Assembly: GCA_000697335.1 (NCBI GenBank)
Contig: JNEM01011145.1
Coordinates: 1 to 39,052, forward strand
Direction of reading: 5' to 3'
Origin: Conidiobolus incongruus B7586
Taxonomy: Eukaryota
DNA length: 39,052 bases
Under the pieces are notes generated by a model, which made no database searches, had not been told where the DNA came from, and saw only the letters and a program-made list of their open reading frames with translations. This document shows positions 14,501 through 27,949 of this stretch, one piece after another (position 1 is the stretch's first letter; each line of letters begins with the position of its first letter). The translations under genes and the position numbers were made by a program.

Positions 14501-16104
14501 TTGGTATCTGAAAGCGAGTGCTTCAAGAAGAAAAGATCTGTTGAAATGCTCAGAGGAGGAGTTTTCGTCGTCGGATCTGGTGCGAATATGAACTAACTCG
14601 CATAGTTGAATGAGCTCTTTATCATTAAGGTTGTTCATATGTGAAACAAAAGAGTCTTTAGTATCAATTTTTGCAATGTTAGTTAGATAAAAGTCTTCAA
14701 GGGGAACTTTGAAATACTTAAAAGCTATTAATTGCAGTTGGCTTAAACGTTGATAATGAGCATCTTGAATCTGATTAGGAGATAAAGCATCACCAGTATT
14801 TTCGTCGACTTCAAGTTGAGAATAAAGTTTAAATCTGTTTAATAATTCAATGAGATGTTGACTATTAATATAAAGGTTAATATTTGGATCAAAATATAAT
14901 AATTATTAAATATTACTTAATTAAATTTGGAGGTTGTTGTAATAACGGTGTCATTTGGAGTTTAAGGATAAAGTGATGATCATCAATCAAATTGAGTAAG
15001 AATCTTCTGGTATGAAGCATAGATAATAAATCAATTAAGAGTTCGATTACACGTTCACAAAATCTTTTTTGAGCTAACTGATCTTGATTTAATTCATCAT
15101 TCGATTTGACAGTTGGAAACTCGGATAAGAACTTGGCCGTATATTTCATCAATTTAGAAATCAGTTGGATATCATTAAGTGTCTGTTCCTTTGCTTCATC
15201 ATCTAAAATTATATATTAATTCAAAAAAATATAAAAAATTGAATTTGAAATACCTGATTGCTCCAATTTAGAATGAAATTGGTTCCAAAGTTTAATACCA
15301 TTTTCATGCTTCTTTAATAAAGTTTCATTCACAGTATTTTCATTTATATTTTTATAAATTCCGATGGATACTAATCTAGCAACATTTAATAAAAATTTAC
15401 ATGTTAATAAATTAAGTAAATTACTTCATTAATTCCATTCTGATAAACTTAATTGGTAATTTTTGATACATATGAATGAGCCATTGTATTAACTCAGTGT
15501 GAATGAAAGATAATGATTCTGATCCTTTGGAGAAGGTATACTTGATCTTATTATATGCAAAAGATTGAATTCCGTTACTCAGTATATTCACTACTCTTTT
15601 AAATAGGATACTAAAATTATCTTTTAAGATATCTAAATAAAGATTATTAAATAAAATAACAAAATGATGATATTAAGTTAATACTTACTTAAATATTCGT
15701 TATTAATATTATTTCTACACTTTTCGTTAATTAAGAAAATTATTGAAATAATATGAATATCATTAACTTCGCTAGTTAGATTAGGAATTAAATACTAGTT
15801 AAAATATATTAGTTTTAATCAGAATAAAATTGATAATTTTTTTTACCTTTTCTAAATACTGAGTATAATCAAGTGTAGCTACAATTTCGACATAATTCTT
15901 ATTATTTAAGATATGATTTACAAAGACATTATAAACTAGATTTTGGTTATATTTAATAGTTTTATCTTCACTTTTAAAATTCCAATTTCTGAAAGATAAT
16001 TGAACTAATGAGTCTTGCTTTAAATTATTATAATCTAATTGAAATGAAGGTAAAAAATCAGTCGAATCGATAAAGTTTGGTAAAAATCTAGATTTTTGTT
16101 TCAT
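11510..16104 (-). CDS. AQR: Intron-binding spliceosomal SF1 RNA helicase Aquarius (AQR/Cwf11), about 1443 aa. Exons 16104-15847, 15794-15689, 15632-15425, 15375-15254, 15202-14917, 14861-11510
   Basis: LDYTQYLEK|YLIPN N-terminus, [62 protein letters not shown] (Walker A), AMTCTHAALKR, MEEAGQILEIET, QGRARP.LA.LY, QNLGEAEYVV, TVDGYQGEQND, ALSRARLGLY. Five in-phase GT-AG introns. Confidence 0.95.
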
Positions 16105-19100
16105 TTTTTAATTTATAGTTGAATATTTTTTATGTGATTTCAACTTTAATTTTATATTCGCTTCATTAACGATGTTTAAAATTCCCAACAATCGTCTCAT
16201 TTTATGTTTTTTGATTTAATTTGATATTTATGGGATTATTTATTCAGGTTTATCATTTTTTTTGTTTTAATATTTTTTGTAAAAATAAAAATGAATAAAG
16301 ATATTTGACTGAATACAAAGTAGCAATCAATTTACATATTGATATAGTTTAATAATAAAAGAATAAATTACATTGACTTTATATTAAATATCTAATATAA
16401 TATAAATTTATAATTTAAAAAATACATGTTTAACATCGTAAGCAAGAAATAAATATTTAGACTTATATTAGAAATATTATATTCAGTAATTCATTTTAAC
16501 AAATATATCATTATTGAAATAAAGTGTTTTTTCATATTATATAAATGAAGCCTAATTTTTTGAAATTTTTCTATCAATATAAATATCAATGCTAAGTAAT
16601 TTGAATAATCAATGTAAAATATAGTTTTCATTTAAATGAGTATATTCTATATTATTAGGAGTATTTTGATTACTTCAATTTTGTTGTTTAAAGTTTTGAA
16701 ATTTGTCAAATATTATATACAAATTCCTGACTAAGGTTTAGGTAATTAATTCAATTTAAGGTTTGCAAAATTTTAAATTCAATTGGGAATGAAAATTAAT
16801 GATTAAATTGAAATTATAAACTCAAATAACTAAAATATTAAATATTTAATATTTGCAAATCAATTTAATCCTTTGAGGAAGTTAGTTTGTTTATGAGTTT
16901 AATGATTCCTGACAAAATGTATTGCAAAATTAGCACCGATTTATAATATTAAATTGGTTAAAATAAATTGTTTACACTAATATAGTGTTAATTTATTGGA
17001 GATAATATATTCCAATACTAAGTAATGATATGCTTTGTATGAATATCTTTATGAAAAAATTAAAAATAATTAATTATTACAAAGTATTAATTGAAATTGA
17101 CTGCTGTCATAAGAGAGTTAAGTTCAAAATTAATAAATACTTTATTGTTAATATCAAATAATACCTATATTTCAAAATGTTTGGAGATTTCTTTTGGGAA
17201 ATTTTGGAATTACAAAATTGAATAATAAAGTGCAAAATACTTAATATTATAAAGATTCATATATCCTTTTGAGAAAATAATTATATATTTCAAAATAAAA
17301 TAGTATTAAATGTTCATCAAACAATTAATTTTTTAGAAATGAAAATATTCTGAAAATATAATATTTCAAATTTTTCGACTTAAGTTATCCAAACAATCTG
17401 AAACAGAAATAGTGTTTATATTCATTGAAAAATACACATTAAATTCAATATGCACATATTCTATATTATTTATTAATGACGATTTATTTTTCATTTTACC
17501 AATATTTCGATATGATTGCTTCTAATATACATTAACCAGCTAACTCTCAAGGCAATTAAATCATATCCTCAATTCACTTTACTATTAAGTACGTTATCAA
17601 AATAGTTGAATAAACTAATACGAAAGTAAATTAAGATGATGATAAAATCAACTTAGATTGATGAGTGAATATATATAACATACATAATAAACCAAATACA
17701 AATTTTATTATACTATTACACGTTCAACGAATTTATAGTTATATTATCTTTTTCATATATTTGTCACTACTCTCAAAATTCCCCATTATTTTTAAATTTA
17801 AACTACTTAATAAATGAAAATTTTAATACTATGATATTATTAGAACTCTTTCTCAATTGAAATAAAATCAATCTAATCAATCTTATTAGTGAATACCATT
17901 GTAAATAAATAAGATTTCAAAACAAACATCAATTCTTGCTTTAATAATAAAAAATGACAATTTTTCATAACTAATATAAGTGCATTACAAAATTTGATTA
18001 GTATTCAATCATTTTACCCCAATAATACCAAATTAATAGGATTGGATAAATTTCTATGTTACACGTAGTCATCAACAACTCAATATATTCCATACTTTCC
18101 ATTCATTTACTCATATTAATTTATAATGCCGGTTAATTACGGAATTTATTGAATAGTTTCGAATTTTCTTAAAGTACTGTATGATCATTTAATTTTATGG
18201 ATTTGTGAACTTTGTTTAGTGATATTTAATGTAAATTTTTTAATTATTACATATTATAACATATATGATTTTGAAGGTGATTTGATTAAATATCTTGACT
18301 GTATATTTCATCCATCTCTTGTTGAAATTTATAATCAAAAAATGGAGCTATCAATTACATTCAACCTTTATTAGAAAAAATTGTGAATATTCCTTAGGTA
18401 AATGAATTTTGATTCTATTGATGATAGTTTTTATCCAAGTATTTTTAGTATAAATATAATATTATGATACAGATCCTTTGTTAACCATGTTGATCGTTCA
18501 ATATTACATTATTCCTTGAAGACATCGTAATTATATTACTTTTATTTAATATTTTAATGATTTGATAAGAAAGCTGATTTATTGATTAAATTAATAATTA
18601 AACATTAAGAAATTAAATTGTATGATATATATATATAAAGAAATTATTTAATATATTTTTGTTGTATCAATAATGTTAATATGTTTTACTTAAGAATAAA
18701 ATTACAAATTTTGTCCAATATGACTCACAGTAAATATTATTTAATTCCACAGACGTATCTGTAATTTGAAAATATTAACCTAAATCTGTATGTCTACAGT
18801 ATTTGTGAATTTGGATACTCAAGGAAAATAAGAGATGAATGATGATATTGATATAAATTGAATTTAGTAACTGTTCTTTGATTGAATAAAGCTTATAATT
18901 AACAAATGCTATATGAATTATTTAGAATTTATTGTTTTTGGAATTATTGTAAGGAGTATATCAAATATATTTTAATTGAAGTTAGTGTTAATATTCCAAT
19001 GATTGTGCTGATTATCTATATTGATTTGATTTAGAACCAATCACATTTATTAAAATCGTTCAAAGATTTTAATTACTATTTTCGGTCGAAGTGTAGATCC

Positions 19101-19283
19101 TCAATAATAATATTATTAATATGGGTATTTGGAAATTTTATCAATTTTCGAGTTTAAGTTTTAGGGCCTTAATTATTTTATTATACTATTTTATTTTATT
19201 TGTATATATTGAGCACTTTTTGTTAATTTTATAAAACAGTTATATTAACTGGATTATTGTATTGGATACACTTTAATAAAAAG

Positions 19284-19433
19284 ATGTCTTTCAACTTTCA
19301 GTGGGATAAATTATCTACTGAGTATACGGAGCAGATCAAAGCAAAATTAACGTCAGCTTTAAATTCCAAAAAATTACCTGCTGTAATTGCTGATGCTATT
19401 GAAATTCAGGAATTGAACTTGGGAACTAAAGTA

Positions 19434-19464
<31 letters not shown>

Positions 19465-20414
19465 GTTATATATGACTAATTATTCATAAAATAGGCTCCC
19501 GAATTGGAAATTTTGGAAATTGGAGATTTAACAGAGGATAGATTTAGAGGAATTTTTAAATTAACTTATTCTGGCGATGCACATATAGTTTTAAAAACCA
19601 AAGTTCAGGTATAAAACTTTAATATTATTAATATATAGTTCATACCAATACATTTTATTAGGTGAATCCTGTTCAAGTTAATACTGAGTTATCACTATTT
19701 ACCTCTCGAGGTATGGTTATGGCACATACGCCACTCTTAATCCCAATGCTACTTAAGATCAGCGATTTAAACCTTCGCGGTATTGTTGTATTATCAGTAT
19801 CTAAACGCCACGGAATAACGCTCGTTTTCAAGAATGATCCGCTTCAAAGCGTTCAAGTTGGTAGTAGTTTTGACGGTTTCAAAAGTGTGCAAGATCTCTT
19901 ACAAGTTCAAATAGAAAACCAGATCAGAAACTTATTCCAGGAGCATATTCCTGCTATGGTTCATAATTTCAGTCATATTGTCACTAAAAACAACAGTTCT
20001 CCCTCCTCTAATTCTACAACCGCTGTTAATACACCACTTCCTACAAGTCCTACTAAGAAGAAAGGTTGGGAGAGTCCTACAAAAGATTATATGGATTACA
20101 AGAGTGGCGGCAATTACTATACATCAATTCATGATCATCCCTCATTTAAAGATCGAACTCATTTGGCAAATTCTAACTTTCCATTCCATCCTTTATCTAC
20201 ACGGCCAGGATTTCCATTTATGCGAATGCGCAGTGCTTCGCAATCGTCTAGCCTATCTGATGAATTGCATCCCTCTGTATTCTTGCCTCATCTTAGGACT
20301 CCTATGAACTATTCTCAGAAAAATCCTCCGAGCGCGATTAGCAAATTGGGCATTATCCCTAAGAAATTTGAGGACGGAAAGGATTTGGGATTCAAATGTG
20401 TACTTTCGCCATAG
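19284..20414 (+). CDS. MDM34: ERMES subunit Mdm34 (SMP domain), about 337 aa. Exons 19284-19430, 19495-19608, 19662-20414
   Basis: MSFNFQW...LTSALN...[55 protein letters not shown]...[48 protein letters not shown] is the characteristic Mdm34 N-terminal domain. GT-AG introns of 64 and 53 nt. Confidence 0.92.
19440..19463 (+). repeat. (AAT)8 microsatellite in Mdm34 intron 1
   Basis: Direct reading of the sequence. Confidence 0.9.
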
Positions 20415-20949
20415 TTCCAATCCTCCAACTCGGAGATTTTTGTTATCATAACGTTTTTTGTATACATTTATATCTACCTGTATGCTACCATGAAGTTTTA
20501 TAAGAAACTTAGACAGTTTCAAATATCAAAATTATTAACCATTCATTTTACTAGACACCTCATTATTATAAAATGTGTTTATATATTATCTCATTTTAAA
20601 TTAATAAATTTAAATAATTTAAATATATGTAGATATAAATATATTCAACTGTTATTTTCTTTAGTTATCATATAATATTTAAATATTTAAATATTAAATG
20701 GTGATATTATTAAATTCAAATCTTGATTAGAGATTTTCACTAAATATCAAGAATTATTTTATAATTTAATTGTAGCATTATGTTTTAAAATTCTATCAAA
20801 TTGTAAATCACTGAATTAACTTTTTATAGTAAATGGAATTTTAAGTTTGTGTTTTACTAAATATATGATATGATATAATATTAAAATTAAAAATGAATTT
20901 TGTCAAAAATATATATTACATAATGTAATTAAAGATAGTAAAAAATTGT

Positions 20950-22764
<1,815 letters not shown>

Positions 22765-24886
22765 AATTATAAATTAATAATACAAGGTAGTAAGTTATAT
22801 TTCTAATAAATATTATTAATATTGAATAATATATAGTGCAGATTTGGTATATTTTACTAATGATTGATAATCAATTGACTTCTTTACATTGATGATTACC
22901 TAATCATTTCCTTTTAAATTCATATTCAATTCATAATTTTATGGGTTGTATTAGGGAATTTTATGAATGTTTAGATTCGTCATCAATTTTAAACAGAAAA
23001 AGGTTCCTATTTAACACTTAATTTGGAACTATCTTTCAAATTTTCATCATAAACATCACGATATAAATTATCAAAAAATCATTAAACAATATTGATTGTA
23101 TATAGAACACAACCAATTTTCAATAAATCATATATTTTAATATTATTTTAAGGTTTATTTATATTTTAAATATATACTCAATTAACTTGAAACTATTAAT
23201 AAGATATATTTGATACTTTTAAATATCATCATGCTCCAATTCAAAATATTTGAACTATTCAACCTAATTATAACATCACATCGAATATATAGGAATACTC
23301 AAAATATTTATATTTATATTTAATATATTAATTTACTTTCTTTGAATTTATCTAGCAAAAATATTTTATAAATTTATATTTTATATTTATAATATAAAAG
23401 TAAAGAAATTATTAATTCAATAGTTTAATATATTTGAACTAAAAGAAGTTTTATTATATTCTTAAATGTTGACAATATATTAATAAGATAATTTTGATAT
23501 TGGATATGAATAAACAAATTACAAGTTTAATATCATCTCTGTATGTTCAAAATTTATATTATGAAAAAATATATATTTAGCAAATAAAAATATATTTTCT
23601 TTGTATTTTATTAATCACAATTATAATTTATCAGGTTAGTTTTTTGATAACTTGAAAATATTTTGAAATATATTACAAAGTCTATTAGTTAAATATGATT
23701 ACTTAGAGTGTCTTAAAGTTATTATTTTTTCGATTGTATAAATTAAATGAAATTTTTAAGTTCAAAGATATTCAAAAATTGATAGCTTGAAATGATTCAA
23801 GAATTACAAAGGATTGAATAATTATATTTATTTTCCAGACTAAATCTAAAATTATTAATTTGAACTTTAAGTGTCATCCATTCAAATGCTGCGAGTGTTT
23901 AGTATAATTGAAGATATAGAATCCTAAATTCAGTTAAACAAAAATTAAATTTCAAATACCTCATGTTTATCAAAAATGATACTTATTAATTATTGATATC
24001 ATATCTTATATATATATATCGTTAATACAATGTATCTTTTAGTATTTTAATTAATTCATACATAATACATCATAATAGCTTGAAAACATGATAATTATAT
24101 AATCCAATTCATTCATACAAATTAATATGATTTATTGATAATATATCAACCTTAATTTCTGGTTTTAATTGAAAAATAATCTCAAAAAAACTTATATCAT
24201 TTTCTAAACAGATTATTAACTTACAGAATGGTAAATTATGTTAATTCATCGATATTGTAAACTATTAACTAGGATCTTTTCCAATGCTTTCAATTATAAT
24301 CAACCTTGAATTCTAATATTATTATGTGATTTTTTAATAAACATTATCTGAATAGTCTTTAAAGTATATTTATTCGTCTTATTGGATCAATCGTGATTTT
24401 AGAATTCAACTAAATATATATGATAATTTTTGAACTAAAAAATAAATAGTTTAATATGATATTATTCAAAGTTGAATTTTGTATTTTTTTATATAATTGA
24501 AAATAAATTTTTATTAAGTATTAAAATAAAATTTAATAATTTATATTTAATATATATTAACTATACTATTAAAACTAAATATTCAATTTTATTTCAAAAA
24601 TTAAAGATTTTTTTATAAAATCGTAATGTTTTTAATGGAATATACTGGTAATCAAGAATTAAGTGTATGAAGTTTCAATTGTTCATTGAAAAATATAGGT
24701 TATAGTTATTCATATAATCTGTACTTTATCAGTATTGAGAAAAATTTCAAAATGATCCCACAATTTATTTTACAAAAGAGAAAAATTTGACTCTTAAGAA
24801 AATGTAATATAAAATTAAATATAAAAATAACCATACAAATTCCTTCCTTTTGATTACGGACGTAATATATTTAAAAGGTCTTCACC

Positions 24887-25081
24887 ATGTCCAAGTCGAA
24901 GAATCACACCAATCACAACCAGAACAAAAAGGCTCACCGTAACGGTATCAAAAAGCCCAAGCAACACCGTTTCAGCTCCAAGCGTGGTGTTGACCCCAAA
25001 TTCTTACGCAATCTCCGTTTCGCCAAGAAGGGATCCTGGGCTGCTCGCGTCGCTGCCAAGGGTATGGATACCTCTGCTTAA
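24887..25081 (+). CDS. RPL29: 60S ribosomal protein L29 (eL29), 64 aa, intronless CDS
   Basis: [25 protein letters not shown]...[16 protein letters not shown] is the eL29 signature. Strong C-ending codon bias of a highly expressed gene; CACCATG start context. Confidence 0.97.
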   Translation: MSKSKNHTNHNQNKKAHRNGIKKPKQHRFSSKRGVDPKFLRNLRFAKKGSWAARVAAKGMDTSA

Positions 25082-26217
25082 GTACTCCAATCGAATTACT
25101 TCGTACTGAGTTGTGTCTCTTAAGTGTTCACGATCATGTAAATTATCCAGTAAATAAATTACTAATGGTTTTGATCACAACTTTGGACAACATACCCCTT
25201 CTAACCAATTAGATCTATTTGCATACGGTATACATAATTAATTAAATACTAATTTATCTAATTTTGTCACTCTTTAGTGGTTTTATTTCAAGATTATAAA
25301 CAAACAGGACCTTTTACCTAACTTTATTATGGAACGATTTATATATAGGAAATATTGTAGAATTTGTATTTTATCAAATAGCTTAATCACTATCAATCTA
25401 CATATCTGTATAACTTCACTTTATTCTATCTATCGGGGAATGTAATATAATATACTTTAAATATTTTATTCTCTTTGGATTTGGCTTACCTCAACTCTTT
25501 CTCCAATCTTTTGTTTGACAACATCAATATATTGATTAATTTTTTCCTTGGATATTTCCTTATATCTTTTATTTTTCATCGGATCTATTTTAAATTTGAT
25601 CAACTTGAATCCCTCCACTCTAAATTTAATATAGGCTTACACTTCCTTTATTTTATTCAATTTTAATTTCACATATACTAATTTATTCTTTTATTTAGAA
25701 TAAAGATCAGATCATTTAAATTATGTGATTTCTTTCTTCCAGATTAATCTTGTTCGATCTATCATTTGTTCTTCTCATTTCTGGTTTTAAATTTGTTTCA
25801 ATCATGATTTATTATTAGTTTCATAAATATTATTGTAATTTTACTCAATATCCGATTACCACATTCATATAATCAATTCATACTTTTTAATACGTGATGT
25901 TTAACAGGTTATTAGATTTAGAATTTCAAAATATCTATTAAAATTATTTAAATATATGTATTAAAATTGAACTTTTAAAATCATATTTATTAATTAATTT
26001 CAATTAGTATTAATTTATAATTTAATTAATTATTAACAAGATCATAAATATATCTTGTTACCCTCCTTATTAAACTTTTTTTGCTGTAGATTTATGGTTA
26101 ATCTTAAACATAATTAGAGTGAAAAAGAAAAATTGTTTATGCTTTTATTATATTTAATTAATGTTAATTATATTGAATTTATTTTTTACAAAACTATATA
26201 TACTAAGTTTACACTTA

Positions 26218-26808
26218 TCATTTACCATTTTCTTCAATTCCGTTAACAATATCTTGAATCTTTGCAATCAAATCCTCAGCAAGTGGTTTATCACCAGAAG
26301 ACTGTCCTTCCTGTTGTTCTTGTTCCTGGTCTTCTTCATTTTCAAATGCTTGAACTCTAAAACGATCCATAAGATTTTCAATGATCTAAAATATAAAGAA
26401 TAAATTAATAAATATAAATTAAAATGGTATTAATGAAAGTATTTACAGGTGATAATAATGGAGAAGAAGTTGGTAAAAAGTTAATAATTTGTAATTTTTC
26501 AATTTTGACCAAGTCGTATTGTTTTAAAAGAAGCATAACTTTTCTAAATTTTTCATCATTTAACTTACTGCATGGTTGATTTTCTAAATATTGAATTGCC
26601 TAAAATTAATTAGTTAATTAACTAATATTGATTAACTATTCAATAATAGGATTTAATTTACTTGGTCTGTTAAAATGTTTAATCTAACATTATTCACTCT
26701 TTTAACTTGATTTTGTCTATTTAATTCAGTTTGTTCTTTATGCTCTTTTAGTAATTTTAAAACTTCGTAATTGCTTAAAAAGCTGGTTCTTTCATTAAGT
26801 ACTTCCAT
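26218..26808 (-). CDS. RPC17: RNA polymerase III subunit Rpc17/C17 (Rpb4/HRDC-like family), about 155 aa. Exons 26808-26662, 26599-26447, 26385-26218. Absent from the ORF track
   Basis: Spliced translation MEVLNERTSFLSNYEVLKLLKE...LTDQ|AIQYLENQPCSK...LKQYDLVKIEKLQIINFLPTSSPLLSP|IIENLMDRF. LSNYEVL, L.K.EKLQIIN..P and IIE...RF are C17/CRCP hallmarks. Phase-0 GT-AG introns of 62 and 61 nt. Confidence 0.85.
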
Positions 26809-27949
26809 TTTATTATTTAGCTCTATATTTTAATTTTGATTTTCTCTTACCTTAGTACCAATATAAATTTATACTTTTCCTTTTTGATTATGGGATCGAA
26901 ATCCATGCCAGTATTTTTTAACGCAACCGTCTTTTTATTATTCACCAAAAAAATTTAAGCACAATTTTTTCAAAGTTTGTTTTAATTATCAATTATTTAC
27001 TTGAAATCAAAATAGAAATGTTGTTCAAGATATAATAAATGTTTCCTTAAAAGGATTTATATCATAGTATATCTTAGATTCATTTTGATATATATTACAC
27101 TTATAATAATTAAAATAGGTAATCTAATACTCACTCATTAAATATTATAAAAATATCATAAAAATAAGTTGAACAAGTAAATGAAAAAATCTGAACAAAA
27201 TACCATGTATCTTTCAAAAACTAATATTAATCCTATATAAAATTGATAATTTATGAATTTTTCATTTTATATTGTGCTTTTCATGCTATTATTAAGGATA
27301 TCATATTTTTTAATATTAATTATCAATTATTAAGTCTTTATTGCATAAATTTTCAAATTAAAAACAAGGATAAAATTTCAAAAAAATATCAATGTATTTT
27401 AGGTTTTGATATTTTAAGGTACAAAAACTTGTTCGCCGTTATATATACTTTAATTAACTTTAAAGCATTTAACGTTTAATATAAAAATATTAAAAAAATT
27501 AAGATTTTTTAAATTTGAATGAGTTATATGCTGTTAATTGTTACTTGATATTATTATCACAATTTTTATATATTTATAATTTATATTATTACATTAATGT
27601 TATTATTATTATTAAATATTTAACTAAATGATAAAAATACAAATTATATATAAAAAAATTATTGAATATATTGAAATTAATACTATATTCTGGTTAGTAT
27701 ATAAGCTATAGAGTGATTAAGTTTCTCTAAAGGAAAAATCCAAAAATTAATCAATGATATTATTTAAATAAATATCAAATTGAGTAAACCTTTATATTTT
27801 ATCTAATAATAATAATAATATTACCATGGAATTAAAGAAATGGGAAATTTTTTAATTTCTGATTTTTCAAACATATTATTAGTTTCAAATAAACAAATAT
27901 ATACAAAATAAATAGGAAAATAAATAGTTTTGAATTATATATATATAAT

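Noticed and set aside
12247..14596. Short ORFs nested in Aquarius on both strands
   Set aside because: They overlap a well-supported CDS and show no recognisable motifs.
25465..25805. Purine-rich minus-strand stretch (MKNKRYKEISKEKINQYIDVVKQKIGERVE followed by GTAAGC) and plus-strand ORF 25475-25666
   Set aside because: Frames are discontinuous, and I found no downstream exon or family match. It could be a relic but is unsupported.
27243..27479. 78-aa ORF rich in I/F/K/N (similarly 4344-4574)
   Set aside because: Composition is what random AT-rich DNA gives; non-ATG start and no motifs.
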